From: Octopus bimaculoides
Lineage: Eukaryota
Reading direction: 5' to 3'
Length of the DNA: 64,000 nucleotides
Assembly: GCF_001194135.2 (NCBI RefSeq)
Contig: NC_068981.1
Coordinates: 43,555,205 to 43,619,204, forward strand
Shown here: piece after piece, positions 27,332-40,334 of the stretch
Layout: each line of letters begins with the position of its first letter
Numbering within the stretch: the first letter of the stretch is position 1
The notes under the pieces: model-generated
The model's database searches: none
What the model was told of the DNA's origin: nothing
The model's input: the letters and a program-made list of their open reading frames with translations, nothing else
Position numbers and translations under genes: made by a program

Positions 27332-28426
27332 CTGATGGGCTTCCTATAGTTTCTGACTAACAAACTCACAAACCCTACTCCAGCAAAGGGCTTTAGAATC
27401 AGACACTTGATGAAAGTACCTTACAGTAGAACTGAATCTGAAATCATGTGGTTGTTAAATGACCTGTATGGCTCAGAGGTAGAATTGAAGTTAACAATAC
27501 TGTTGTTCAACTATGATTTTCATCTTTTATTCATTTATTTCAAATTAATGCTATAACATTTATGTATGTGTGTGTTTGTGTGTGTGTGTGCGCGTGTATA
27601 AATGTGTTTGTATGTACATGTTTGAGTGTTTATATATGTGTGTCTATATGTGTATGCATCTGTGTGTGTGTGTTTGTATGTATGATCTGGGAAATACACA
27701 TCTGGATACACACTGAGTAGAAGTAGAGTTAAATATATAATCACTGTTGCCTTGTAAAATAGAAAAACAAAAAATAAATTGCAATAACAGAATACAAAAG
27801 AAATAATACATATGGATATGATGTCAAAAGAAAATGGAGTGAGTGGGAAAAAAGAAGGGTGTATACATTCATATTTTTATGCACATACAAACACATGCAC
27901 ATGCCCTCTCTCTCTCTCTCATACACACACACACATGTAATTCTAAATATATGTATAGAGATAAACACAGATAACTATGAGTACACATATATGTAAATGC
28001 TGGCTATTATATATAAATATGATTGCGTGTACATATGCATGTACAAATGCATGTATATATTTGCGTTTATGTATAAATGTATATATGGAGACAAACTGGC
28101 TTAGCGGATAAGATATTGAACTTACAAACAACTGGTGTGATAAATAACTACAGTTTCCTGAGTAGGTCAAGTATATAACATGATAGATAATTTTAAAACA
28201 TATAGAAGTTTCATGGAGGTTTAAGCAATGTGTAGTTGATCTGACAGACACAGTGTATATATTTACATGATATATGAGGTATTTAGAAATGAAGGAACTT
28301 ATAAGATTAAGTACACTAGGAAAATATGTTATTGTAATTGTGTACAAATACGGCTATATCTATGTGCGTGTTTAGACATAATGTATGTATATGTAAACAC
28401 ACACACATATAAAAATGTGTGTTACC

Positions 28427-28475
<49 letters not shown>

Positions 28476-28547
28476 ATCTATCTATCTATCTATATATATA
28501 TATATATGTATATGTATGCATATACGTATTATGTATGTGTGTGCATG

Positions 28548-28601
<54 letters not shown>

Positions 28602-28698
28602 AAATGAGACAACAAAGCTAAGGCAGTGTGAAATTTCTAGGACATTTATAAAGAGAAAGGTAGTCTTACATCCTTACCTGCCTTATGGGTCTTCTGGA
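28602..28698 (-). mobile_element. Fragment of hammerhead family B repeat
   Basis: 28602-28670 matches 39896-39964. Homology stops at TGTA|AGAC, the predicted cleavage region. Confidence 0.75.
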
Positions 28699-28705
28699 TA
28701 TATAC

Positions 28706-28737
<32 letters not shown>

Positions 28738-28782
28738 CTATATATATATATATATGTATATATACACACACACACAGACATC

Positions 28783-29007
28783 ATCATCATCATTGTATAA
28801 CGTCTGCTTTCCATGCTGACATTGGTTGGATGGTTTGACTGAGGACTGGCAAGTCAGGAGGCTGCACCAGACTCAAATCTGATGATCTGGTAAGGTTTTT
28901 ACAGCTGGATGCACTTTCTAATGCCAACCACTCCAAGAGTGTAGCGGGTGCTCTATACGTGTCACTGGCAAAGGGGCCAGTCTGGTGGCACTGGCATCAA
29001 CCATGCT

Positions 29008-29010
<3 letters not shown>
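28783..29010 (-). mobile_element. RTE LINE 3' fragment
   Basis: (ATC)n followed by the reverse complement of the RTE tail. Confidence 0.85.
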
Positions 29011-29045
<35 letters not shown>

Positions 29046-30134
29046 TGATAGACAGATAGATAGATAGATACGCACACACAAACACACACATATGTGTGTG
29101 TATGCATGAAGGGAATATATGCTAAGAGAAAGAAGTTAGAGGGGCAGTGCTATATAGTGTTTAGGAAAGGCATTGAGCCATAAACACCATGTCAAAGCAG
29201 ACATTGGAGCATGATGTACTCCTTGGATACATCTTATGTTGCCAAGTCCTCCAAAGTCATGTAGGTATGGAGGTGGATGTTAAATGAAGATGATANNNNN
29301 NNNNNNNNNNNNNNNNNNNNNNNNNNNNNNNNNNNNNNNNNNNNNNNNNNNNNNNNNNNNNNNNNNNNNNNNNNNNNNNNNNNNNNNNNNNNNNNNNNNN
29401 NNNNNNNNNNNNNNNNNNNNNNNNNNNNNNNNNNNNNNNNNNNNNNNNNNNNNNNNNNNNNNNNNNNNNNNNNNNNNNNNNNNNNNNNNNNNNNNNNNNN
29501 NNNNNNNNNNNNNNNNNNNNNNNNNNNNNNNNNNNNNNNNNNNNNNNNNNNNNNNNNNNNNNNNNNNNNNNNNNNNNNNNNNNNNNNNNNNNNNNNNNNN
29601 NNNNNNNNNNNNNNNNNNNNNNNNNNNNNNNNNNNNNNNNNNNNNNNNNNNNNNNNNNNNNNNNNNNNNNNNNNNNNNNNNNNNNNNNNNNNNNNNNNNN
29701 NNNNNNNNNNNNNNNNNNNNNNNNNNNNNNNNNNNNNNNNNNNNNNNNNNNNNNNNNNNNNNNNNNNNNNNNNNNNNNNNNNNNNNNNNNNNNNNNNNNN
29801 NNNNNNNNNNNNNNNNNNNNNNNNNNNNNNNNNNNNNNNNNNNNNNNNNNNNNNNNNNNNNNNNNNNNNNNNNNNNNNNNNNNNNNNNNNNNNNNNNNNN
29901 NNNNNNNNNNNNNNNNNNNNNNNNNNNNNNNNNNNNNNNNNNNNNNNNNNNNNNNNNNNNNNNNNNNNNNNNNNNNNNNNNNNNNNNNNNNNNNNNNNNN
30001 NNNNNNNNNNNNNNNNNNNNNNNNNNNNNNNNNNNNNNNNNNNNNNNNNNNNNNNNNNNNNNNNNNNNNNNNNNNNNNNNNNNNNNNNNNNNNNNNNNNN
30101 NNNNNNNNNNNNNNNNNNNNNNNNNNNNNNNNNN

Positions 30135-30166
<32 letters not shown>

Positions 30167-30173
30167 ATGTATA

Positions 30174-30398
30174 TAATCAGCCCATTTAAGAGCACCTTTC
30201 AATCATTGGGCAATAAGCTGTGCTTGAGAAGGCCTGTTGTGTCAAGCGAAATTGTCATGGAGGATGCTGTACTGCCTGACTGGCACCTGGGCTGGTGACG
30301 TAAAAAACACTATTGGAGCAGGCTCAATGCCAGTGCCACCTGACTGGCTCCCATGCTGGTGGCATGTAAAAAGCACCCACTACACTCTCAGAGTGGTT
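30174..30398 (+). mobile_element. RTE LINE 3' UTR fragment
   Basis: Homologous to 20640-20940. Confidence 0.85.
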
Positions 30399-30419
30399 GT
30401 TACTTTTTATCTTGTATCT

Positions 30420-30600
30420 TTTAGTTGTTTCAGTCATTGGAACAGAGTCCCCACTGGGCCACTGCCTTGAAGAGTTTAATTGAAGAAATCCTACCCAGTA
30501 CAAAGTTTTTTTTTTTTTATTTTGGTACTTATATCAGTTTCTTTGCTTACAGCAATGTAAACAAATGAACACTTGTTGTCAAATGGCTGAAGAACAAATG
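30420..30600 (-). mobile_element. SINE family A 3' half, degenerate
   Basis: TTGTTTCAGTCATTG...GTACTTAT..ATCAGT...TTGTCAAATGG. Confidence 0.6.
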
Positions 30601-30697
30601 TATATGCATACATACAAACACAAACACACTCATACATACATACATGCACGCATGCACACATACATACATTCATGCACGCACGCACACACACACACAT

Positions 30698-30746
<49 letters not shown>

Positions 30747-31645
30747 TCAAAATCCTCTGACTGAATTGTTAAAAAAATTTATTCTTCATGTCTTTATTGG
30801 TTTCAATTATTAGAGTTCAAACAATTGCCATGAAACTGTACTGAGATAAAGATACATGGAGCATAGGGAGTAAATTTTTTTGTTGCCACTTAGAGTTAGT
30901 TGATGATGTTGAGCAATCCTGGTCTTAAGAGCAAAAACCAGCTCATTGTATTCTCATTCTTCTGTTTCTTTCAAAAAGAATATATTGGTAGAACATATCT
31001 TTTCTAGTTTTGCTTCCACTCAGAACTGTGTTTCAAACCTCAGGTCAGTGATATCAGTATTGAAACAAGAGTTAGTTTGCAACAAGTGCTGTATGTCATA
31101 CTGTATGTGAACTATTGAATGTCTATTCATCTTTATTTTGTGTGTGTGTGCTTCTGTGTATGTGTGTGGGTGTGAGTGTATTTGCAAGCATGTGTTTGCA
31201 TATGCATTCATATATAGAAATACACGCATACAGACATATATATACCGATGTATATTCATATTGCACATTTTGCCTTTTGAGGAATTAAATTCTTTTTCAT
31301 TTTAAATACTAGAATAAATGTATTTAACTTCAAGTGTTCTATAACAGATAAGTTAATGTCAGGAAGAAAAAAACAACAAAAAAACAAAGGAATATAAAAC
31401 AAAAACAAAAGAGAATAAAACGGCAACTTCAACTGAATGAGAAAAGAGAATATTTCAAACTTATCATTTGAAACTTCAAATTTCATGCTTGAATCAAAAG
31501 TTAGTGCTAGAATTATTTTATTAATAGTTTTTCTAGTATTCTATTATTGAATGAAGTCATGTAAATCTATAAGATTCATCTTTGCTTAAATTACTGAAAT
31601 AGTTTTTTGGGGATTAGATTACATCATTGTAAAGGTAGTAGAAGT

Positions 31646-31888
31646 AAAGTTCCTTCCCAAGTCATATAGACTCAAATGGCCAGTTTCTCAGCTTCACGGC
31701 ATATATATTCCCCACCTGGATGGGATGTCAGTCCATTGCAGGATTACTCATTTTTGCCAGTTGAGTGGACCGGAGCAATGTGAAATGAGCTGTCTTGCTC
31801 AAGACTGCAACACCTAACCCAGAAAATGAAACCACAATCTTATGATTATAAGTCCACCACCCTAGACACAAGCCACATGCCTCCACCA
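31646..31888 (-). mobile_element. tRNA-derived SINE, a further family
   Basis: Reverse complement begins GTGGAGGCATGTGGCTT (tRNA-like head), followed by CTTGAGCAAGAC..TTCACATTGCTCCGGTCCACTCA..CCTGCAATGGACTG core. Confidence 0.7.
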
Positions 31889-32021
31889 AAGTAGAGGTAG
31901 TTGCATTTATAACTAACATGTAGGGTTACTGATCTTGGAGTAAAGAAAATAAAAATTCAAAATTGTTAATAGTAATGCAAACACAACAGATGCACAGAGA
32001 ACGTATTCCATCACATGCCAG

Positions 32022-33222
32022 GAGTAGAAGCTAGAAGTAACTGCTAGTTTCCACTACCTAGGTGACTAAATCTGTAGTTGGAGTGGATGCTCAGAGAGCA
32101 TTGCCACTAGAATAAAAGTAGCCTGGGTAAAGTTCAGAAAGCTCCTACCTGTACAGGTGACAAAGGGCCTCTCGCTCAGAGTGAAAGGTACATTGTTTGG
32201 TGCATGTGTGTGAACTGCCATGCTACACAGCAATGAAACATGGGCTGTGACTGCTGAAGGCATGCGTAGGCTTGAAAGAAATGAAGCTAGCATGATCTGC
32301 TTGATGTGTAATGTCAGTGTGCTTACACGACAGAGTGTAGGCACCCTGAGAGAAATGTTGGACATAAGAAGCATCGGATGTGGTGTGCAAGAGGGACGAC
32401 TGTACTGGTATGGTCATGTGCTACGTATGGATGAGGAGAAATGTGTGAAGAAGTATCACTCCTTAATAGTGGAAGGAACTCGTGGAAGAGGGGAGACCCA
32501 GGAAGACATGGGATGAGGTGGTGAAGCATGATCTTCAGATGTTGGGCCTCACAGAGACAATGACGAAAGACTGAGACCTCTGGAGATATGGTGTGATTGA
32601 GAAAACCTGGCAAATAAAGTGAGATCACAGCCATAGCCTATACCAGTGTCACATAACCAGCCCATTTAAAAAGTACCTTTGAATCGTCGAGTGACATGAC
32701 ATGCTTGAGGAGACCTATTGAGTCAAGTAAAATCAAAATCAAAGCCAAAAATCAAATCAAAAATCAAATCACAATCAAATGGAAATTGTAGTTATGGCCA
32801 ATGGCAGTGCTGCCTGACTAGCTCTCATGCTGGTAGCATGCAATAAACACCATTCATGCGTGGGTTGTTGCCAGTGCTGCCTGACTGGCTCCCCATGCCG
32901 GTAGCATATAAAAAGCACCATCCAAACTTGGTTGATGTCAGCCACCCACCGCCCTGACTGACTCCTGTGCTGGTAGCATGTAAAAAACACCACCCAAGCA
33001 TGGCCAATGCCAGTGCCTTCTGACTGGCTTCCATGCTAGTGGCACATAAAAAGCACCCACTACACTCTCAGAGTGGTTGGCATTAGGAAGAGCATCCAGG
33101 TGTAGAAACATTGTCAGATCAGATTGGAGCCTGGTGCAGCCTCCTAACTTGCCAGTTCCCAGTCAAACTGTCTAACCCATACCAGCATGGAAAACAGACG
33201 TTAAACGATGATGATGATGATG
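32022..33222 (+). mobile_element. RTE LINE, 5'-truncated
   Basis: ORF 32220-32516 MLHSNETWAVTAEGMRRLERNEASM...RLYWYGHVLRMDE; four UTR units; (GAT)n tail. Confidence 0.92.
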
Positions 33223-33732
33223 AATGCATAAATCCTGGGTTATTTAATGAAGTTAGTAGAGCAAAATAAGGATTTGAAAGAATTAAAATTTATCAAAAAA
33301 TATTCATGCAACATTGATTTCTGATATGAAATAGATTTAGTAAATTTTTAAACAGAGAAAGAAATAATGCATGCATTAACTGCCAAAAAACATTTCTTCC
33401 ACAAATCACTGATGATATCATATTTAACTAACTTGAGCTTATTTATCTCTTAAACACGAAAACTGTACTATTATAGACTTGTATATATGGAGTGTGTGTG
33501 TGTGTTTGTATAAATATATGTGTGTGTATGTGTGTTTGTGCATGTGCATGTACGCATATGTGTGTGTGTGTATATATGTGTGTGTGTATGTGTGTGTGTG
33601 TGTCTGTAAGAGGGTATTTTAGTTTGCTGGAAGCATTGTGTATTGTTTGTGAAATTTAACGTGTCTGGAATGGCAGAACAATGGAGAATGGATTTTAATA
33701 ACTGTTATAAATAATTTAATTATTCATAGTCT

Positions 33733-33774
33733 AATATAATATTTTGGAATATAAAAATTCCTTCTTCAGATATT
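33733..33774 (-). ncRNA. Hammerhead-like motif, family D copy 2 (G12->A)
   Basis: Minus strand reads AATAT CTGAAGA A GGAAT ttttat ATTCC AAAA TA TT | ATATT. Stems I and II are perfect, stem III is the palindrome AATATT, and one core base is substituted. Confidence 0.6.
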
Positions 33775-33853
33775 GCTAGGAAGTAATGGAGTCACTGCTA
33801 CAGTGCATATTTATGTAAGTATATACATACCTATCTAATATATGTACCTATAT

Positions 33854-33906
<53 letters not shown>

Positions 33907-33940
33907 ATATAATATACATACCTATCTGTGTGTATGTGTG

Positions 33941-33981
<41 letters not shown>

Positions 33982-34489
33982 GTATTCATATTTGTTTTTA
34001 TGTAAAATCATAAAAACAATTGAACTTTAAATTGAAAGGTCACTTAATACTTTTTGTATTAATTTATTTTTATTGAATAGTAATTTATTTTTGCAAGAAG
34101 TTTGACAGTAATTTTGAAGTTCCAACCAGCATACTGTCATCAGTCTGTGACTTAGTGTGATTTCTCATGCCTAAAATATGGTTTTAGATGGTGGTGGTGG
34201 TGGTATGCAAATTAGAGTGGAATTAATGCGTCTGCTGTGAAACAATAATGAAGAGGTGGTTCTATAAGAATTTTAGGTTGGAGTGGAGAAGAAAGATAGT
34301 AAAAACAATTTTTACTTGAACAAGGGTAAATAGAGGTTGTGTTCTTTTGATAGATTCTGCTGAGCTGCTTATATTTGATGTGAAGGATTGTTGTATATTT
34401 ATGTGATAATGGAGGTTCATTCAAATAATTTTATGAACCTTAGTGCTGGAAAGTTAATTCTGCATTAAACTTCATGTGGTAGAAGGAAC

Positions 34490-34632
34490 ACAATTTGTGT
34501 TAGTTGATGTCGACTTTGTCTTTCAACCTTCCGGGGTTGATAAATTAAGTACCAGTTGCATATCGGGGTTGATCTAATCGACTGGCTCCTTCCCTCAAAA
34601 TTTTGGGCCTTGTGCCTAGAGTAGGAAAGAAT
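34490..34632 (+). mobile_element. SINE 3' fragment (another family)
   Basis: GTCGACTTTGTCTTTCAACCTTCCGGGGTTGATAAATTAAGTACCAG...GGGCCTTGTGCCTAGAGTAG is CpG-rich and SINE-tail-like. Confidence 0.55.
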
Positions 34633-35084
34633 TTGTGCTAGCTGAAGGTTTCCTTTAACCCATTCAGAATTTCTTATGGGTCTGTTTATATAACAGCTTA
34701 TGTGATATACTATTTTTAAGTTTCATACAAAAGTTAGTAAATACAAGTATGGCTGGTTAGGTTTCTATCAAAGTGTAGGTCAAAGATAGGTCAAATATGA
34801 TGGTTAGTGTTAAAAGTTTGCAAAATTTCCACTGGTTTTGTAAAATATATTGTTTATATAAAGTTTCTATTGTGGTATAGTTCTTTGTTTCTAGTAGAAA
34901 CATTTATGTGTATACATATATATACTAGACTACCCATGATTCATTGGGTCCCCAGGAAACTCTCAGTTTCCCAGTAATGGAGTTTTGTTTCATGCTTTTT
35001 TTTCTTTTCAGGATATTTTGCATGCTTCCAACAAATGTGACATCAAAATCACATGTAAACAGCTCCTCTCCCCACCAAAGGAAA

Positions 35085-35197
35085 GATTTGGTTGCTATTT
35101 CGTGCATGCCCTGCTACCATGCAACAGGTATGTCGGGTCCTTTATCGCAAATAGCTGTTACGTGGCAGCAGGGTTTGCTAGAAATAGCAGCCAAATC
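35085..35197. repeat. Imperfect 43-bp inverted repeat with 27-nt spacer (MITE-like)
   Basis: 35085-35127 versus the reverse complement of 35155-35197: 35/43 identical. Confidence 0.8.
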
Positions 35198-35848
35198 TTT
35201 GGAGGTGAGATACGTTGGATGCACTCGAAAAAAAAAAAAGCATATAGAAAACAACTATTTCACACTGAAGTTACGAATGTGTCTTTTACGAAATATTTAT
35301 TATATTTTTAAAATTCATTTTCACTTTAGAATATTTTTTAAATATGCCAAAAAATTTTTGTAATGGTATTCATGCGAACATGATTTAAAAAGACATGAAA
35401 ATATTGTCTGCTTAAAGAAGGCTAAAATATAAATACTTACTGTCCAAACAACTTACAATTTTGAAATCTCATTCATTTAAAAATGTTTGCAAATGATTAA
35501 AATATTGTATTTAACAAATGTGTAAACAGAAACATTTACTGTAAAAAAAAATTGTATTTTTTCGTTGTCAACTCACTGTGTCTAACAGAAAGATTAGACT
35601 CTCTTCCCTTTCAGGATGAAGATTATTTTTGGAACATTTTCCCTTTATGCACCATTTTGTGTATTTAAACCCTGAAAACCTCTAATATCTCAAGAACCAC
35701 TTTACCAATTTACATGAAACTTGTTTCATTCCGTTCTTATTAACATTTCAGGTAAACTTAATTCATAGTAATTTTCCATTATGTGCCAGTTTGACTGAGT
35801 AACATTGCAAGCAAGCTAGATTCAATCTGACTTTTAATAGTGTATAGA

Positions 35849-35899
<51 letters not shown>

Positions 35900-36289
35900 G
35901 TATATAGGCAACCAATGGAAGAGATAAATACAATTGTTTACTCTCATCTAAACTAGTGTTTTGATACTGCAAGAATTTGGGTAAATATGTGTAATGGGAA
36001 GGGGTTGAAGTGGTTGGTATGAGAACATGTCTGATATGTGTTTAGAGATCTTTTAAAGTGGAATTGGAAAGCTCCTTCAACCTTTAACCTCATGTTTGGG
36101 TGCATATGGTTACATTTCCGTGTGTCTTTGGTTTGATCAAAACTTTGCTGGGTTTTCAAGATATGAAGGTGGGAGGACTAATGGTGGATGTATTAGCTTT
36201 TATAATCATAATGTAGCTCTTAGGTAAGCCATTATATATATTCTCTAATATGAATATAAAGGTGCCCAGATGAAGAGAAGTTTTTGATA

Positions 36290-36690
36290 TAATTCTTTAC
36301 CTGGCTAGGCATAGCCTGGACTTTCGGCTATTAAAATAAAGCATGCAGTTTTTCAAGATGCAGTTTTTCTACTTGATGTTGTAACCTATGGCACTTCTAT
36401 TCATCAACCACATATGCCTAGTTAGGGCTGTTTTTTGCATCACTTCTGGATGAAAGACTTATGGTTGTATCTGGTCCTTAGAGAACTTTCTGTTGCATCC
36501 ACATTCTTCTGCATGTTTGAGTGACTGCTGGATCCTTTAATGTTACTTTTGCCTTATATATATATAACTGTTTCTGTATTGCAATGGCTGTTAAGGGGAC
36601 ATGCACTGTTGCCTCTGCATGAACATCCTGTCTATGTCCCATGTATAGACTTACCTACTAATAATTTATTTATTCTAGGTACACAGCTAA
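36290..36690 (-). mobile_element. Old PLE GIY-YIG fragment
   Basis: GCSCRGNSACPLNSHCNTETVI; homologous to 52260-52540. Confidence 0.75.
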
Positions 36691-36849
36691 AAAGAAACTC
36701 TTAAAGAATATCTATTAAACATTTTACAGAACCTATTCATATGAAGAAAATGTTTAGCAACTAAGTTAGAAAAAATCTTACCCATACAAATTCTTACATT
36801 TAGGGAGAATGGTATGTGCAAATCACAACACTTTCTGGTGTTGTTTTCT

Positions 36850-37145
36850 CTTGGTGGTGTTCCCCAACTTTAATGACTAAACTTCCTCTTCTACTGCTTA
36901 TTAGGTCACCTATGTAACAGAAACTGTCTGCTACCTCCAGGGATACTCCAAGACATTTGGGAAAGTCTATTTCTTGCATGTGCTTAGTATTTGATGCTCC
37001 TGCAAATGTACCACATCTAAAATCTACTTTCTCTTTTAACCTTTATGTGATTCCACAGCACTTCCAGTAAATTCATATTTTGCACTGGGCACACCATATG
37101 ATATTGCATCCTACACCTTTTCTGGATATCAAGCACTTGACAGAT
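36850..37145 (-). mobile_element. Old RTE RT fragment
   Basis: RKGVGCNIIWCAQCK..YWKCCGI..FRCGTF..LEVADSFCYIGDLISS matches the RTE Cys-rich insertion and the FxYLG motif. Confidence 0.8.
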
Positions 37146-37959
37146 GTATGTTGAGGTATGTTCCTCCATTATCCATTTTCTTGATATGTATGTATTCAAT
37201 AGCATATCCATTATTTATATGTATATCAGGGCAATCTTTTCTGCTGATGGCATTGTATATTGCTTTAGTCACAACGTGTAGTGGGAGATTGTTACTCAAT
37301 GACATTTTTGGAAAGTAGCACATTACAAGTTTTATATTCTCCTCAGAAGATTGACAAAATCAATATTTGCAGTTGCATCTTGGGAGATTAAGGGCTTCAC
37401 TATCCCACATTTTCATGAAATATTTTATAGTTTTCTACTGCTCTTTGATTGCAAAAATATAGCTTTTAGATATCACATGATGTAGTAGTCATAAGAAAAA
37501 CCATAATTCATTAAGAAAAACCATACTTCATGTTAACCTTGTCGTTCATTTCATATTTACAGGTAGCCTTTATGTTGCATGTGGGGTGTTTTGTGATATG
37601 TCGAGATGTATGTACTGAGATATACAGACCTTGCATTTCTGGGTTCATAAGGCAGTGATGGAGGTCATCAGGAAGTTAATGTTTTTGAGAAGTTCAATAC
37701 TTATTTTTCAGCATTTGGTTGATGCATTTATTTTTGCTGCTATTCTCTAGCAGTTACTGTCTCAGTGATATCATAGATCACACAAAAGCTGTTTCTACAG
37801 ATCGTAAGCTTCTTTCTCTGTCTTTTCTTCTCAGATATAGTCCATCAATATTACTGTGTCTGTAGCAGTTTGCTGTTAATGTCGGGATCTCAAAGCTTTT
37901 AATGTCTATAAGCTGGATTTCTACAGACCAATTAAATATCCTAATTATTGGTATGAGTA

Positions 37960-38720
37960 CTGAAAAAATATTAAGTGCTAACAACAAAAATCAACGAGCC
38001 ATAATCTCTGCTGGTTTTCTTGCTCGTCACCGCTCAACTCATGGACACAAGCAGCGATTTCTTTGCCGAATCGCTACTGGAGACGAAAAACGGTGCCTGT
38101 ACATCAATATGAAGCAGCGTAAGGAATAGCTTAGCCCAGGTAAACAAGCGATACCACACGTGAAACAAGATCTTCATCCATGTAAAACGATGTTGTACAT
38201 ATGGTGGGACCGGGAAGGGATTATCCATTACAAATTGCTTGAATGGAACCAAACGATCAATGCGGATCTCTATGTTCAGCAGATGGAACGACTCAACACA
38301 GCTATTCAAGAGAAAAGGCCTAATCGGCAGCATGGAGTTCTTCTGCTGCACGACAATGCTCACCCTCATATCGCCAATATGATCAAGGAAGCCATTCAAA
38401 TGCATGGCTGGGAATTGCTGCCACGCCTGCTGTACTCTCCTGATTTGGCACCAACGGATTTCCACCTTTCTATCTTTTTCAAATACTATGCGCAGAATTT
38501 CATTCAATACTGATGCAGAATTGAGAGCTTTGTTGGATTAATTTTTTGAGTCGAAATCGTGTTATTTCTACCAACGGAGTATTGAAAATCTTGTTGAATG
38601 TTGGGAAGAAGTTGTAAACAACAAGGATGAATACATTATTGATTAATTAGTTGTTATTTGTTATTAGACCTTTTAAAAATTTAAATTTAAAAAAACGGCA
38701 GGAACTTAGTTATCAACCTA

Positions 38721-38722
<2 letters not shown>
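37960..38722 (+). mobile_element. Mariner (DD34D) transposase 3' half with right TIR
   Basis: RIATGDEK, KTMLYIWWDREGII, LLHDNAHPH, YSPDLAPTDFHL; TIR-like GGAACTTAGTTATCAACCTAAT at 38701-38722. Confidence 0.92.
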
Positions 38723-38751
<29 letters not shown>

Positions 38752-38753
<2 letters not shown>

Positions 38754-38881
38754 ATCATCATCATCATCATCGTTTAACGTCCGCTTTCCATGCTAGCATG
38801 GGTTGGACGACTTGACTGAGGACTGGTGAAACTGGATGGCAACACCAGGCTCCAATCTAAATTTGGAGCCTGGTGTTGCCA
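38752..38881 (-). mobile_element. RTE tail that folds back on itself next to a gap
   Basis: (ATC)n plus reverse-complement tail; perfect 19-bp inverted repeat at 38837-38855 / 38863-38881. Confidence 0.85.
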
Positions 38882-39254
38882 NNNNNNNNNNNNNNNNNNN
38901 NNNNNNNNNNNNNNNNNNNNNNNNNNNNNNNNNNNNNNNNNNNNNNNNNNNNNNNNNNNNNNNNNNNNNNNNNNNNNNNNNNNNNNNNNNNNNNNNNNNN
39001 NNNNNNNNNNNNNNNNNNNNNNNNNNNNNNNNNNNNNNNNNNNNNNNNNNNNNNNNNNNNNNNNNNNNNNNNNNNNNNNNNNNNNNNNNNNNNNNNNNNN
39101 NNNNNNNNNNNNNNNNNNNNNNNNNNNNNNNNNNNNNNNNNNNNNNNNNNNNNNNNNNNNNNNNTAACATCAAGGTTTTCTCTCACACACTGTCTTGCAA
39201 TCTGAAATATTTCAGTTCTTTGGTCCTCATGTCACTGAACGTTGGCATGAATAT

Positions 39255-39884
39255 ATGTACCTTTAGAAATATGCTGTGCTTGAGAAGACCCAGCAAGCCA
39301 AGTGAAGCCATAAACCGTGGCCTATGTCAGTGGTCTAACCAGCTCACTTATGTGTACCTTTCTTTCATTGGGCACTAAACTCTGCTTGCAAAGACCTGTT
39401 GAGGCAAGTGATATCAAATTTGATGACAGCACCGCATGACTGGCATCCGTGCCAATGGAGCGCAAAGAGCACCATCTGAACGTGATCGTTGCCAGGGCCG
39501 CTGACTAGCTCCTGTGCCAGTGGCACATAAAAAGCACCATTCAAGCATGATCGTTACCAGAGTCGCCTCAGTGGCCCGTGAAAAACAACATTTGATCGAG
39601 GTCATTGCCAGTGCCGCTGGACTGGCTCCTGTGCAGGTGGCATGTAAAAAACATCATTTGAGCATGGCCGTTGCCAGTACCACCTGACTGGCCTTCGTGC
39701 TGGTGGAACATAAAAGCACTCTCTACACTCTTAGAGTGGTTGGTGTTAGGAAGGGCATCCAGCTGTAGAAACTCTGCCAGATCAGACTGGAACCTGGTGC
39801 AGCCATCTGGCTCGCCAGTCCTCAGTCAAACCATCCAACCCATGCCAGCATGGAAAGTGGACGTTAAACGATGATGATGATGAT
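39255..39884 (+). mobile_element. RTE LINE 3' fragment with about five UTR units
   Basis: Homology to the other copies. Confidence 0.9.
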
Positions 39885-39957
39885 ATATATTAAATAAAAT
39901 TAGACAACAAAGCCAAGGCTGTGTGAAAATTTCAGGACATTTATAAAGAGAAAGTTA

Positions 39958-40005
39958 GTCTTATAGCTGTTTCTGGGATATTAGGGATATCTCTTCATTG
40001 GAGAC
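39958..40005 (-). ncRNA. Hammerhead-like motif, family B (core mutated)
   Basis: GTCT CCAATGA A GAGATAT cccta ATATCCC A GAAA CAGCT ATA | AGAC; stem I is GTCT/AGAC. Confidence 0.55.
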
Positions 40006-40291
40006 AATGTGAGATGGTTAAATACAGGGAAATAGTAGAGTTCTCCACAATTTCCATTTCTAATGACAAAATATGAACTATCGGAATTTACATACCATGG
40101 ACAAGAAGCATGTCTACCACTTCTGCACACTACTTTCCTTGGATAATGGTACTGCAACTGTAACATCCAACATATATTTTAATTTTTACTTTTACTCTCT
40201 TATCATCCTTTATATTTCTTATTTCCATCTTTTCCAAAATAACTCCTTATACAGAACTCTATTATTTCACTCTATTTAACCATCTCACATC

Positions 40292-40334
40292 GTCTCTGAT
40301 GAAAGGATATCCTTAATATCCCAGAAACAGCTGT
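40292..40334 (+). ncRNA. Hammerhead-like motif, family B (core intact, 3' end lost)
   Basis: GTCT CTGATGA A AGGATAT cctta ATATCCC A GAAA CAGCTG T, then interrupted by an RTE tail. Confidence 0.65.

Larger units (their letters stand above)
39893..40334. mobile_element. PLE-like repeat with inverted ~85-bp arms, each carrying a hammerhead family B motif
   Basis: 39965-40048 is the reverse complement of ~40251-40334 (AGAACTCTA.TATTTC.CT.TATTTAACCATCTCACAT.GTCTC..ATGAA..GATAT.C.TAATATCCCAGAAACAGCT). Confidence 0.8.
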
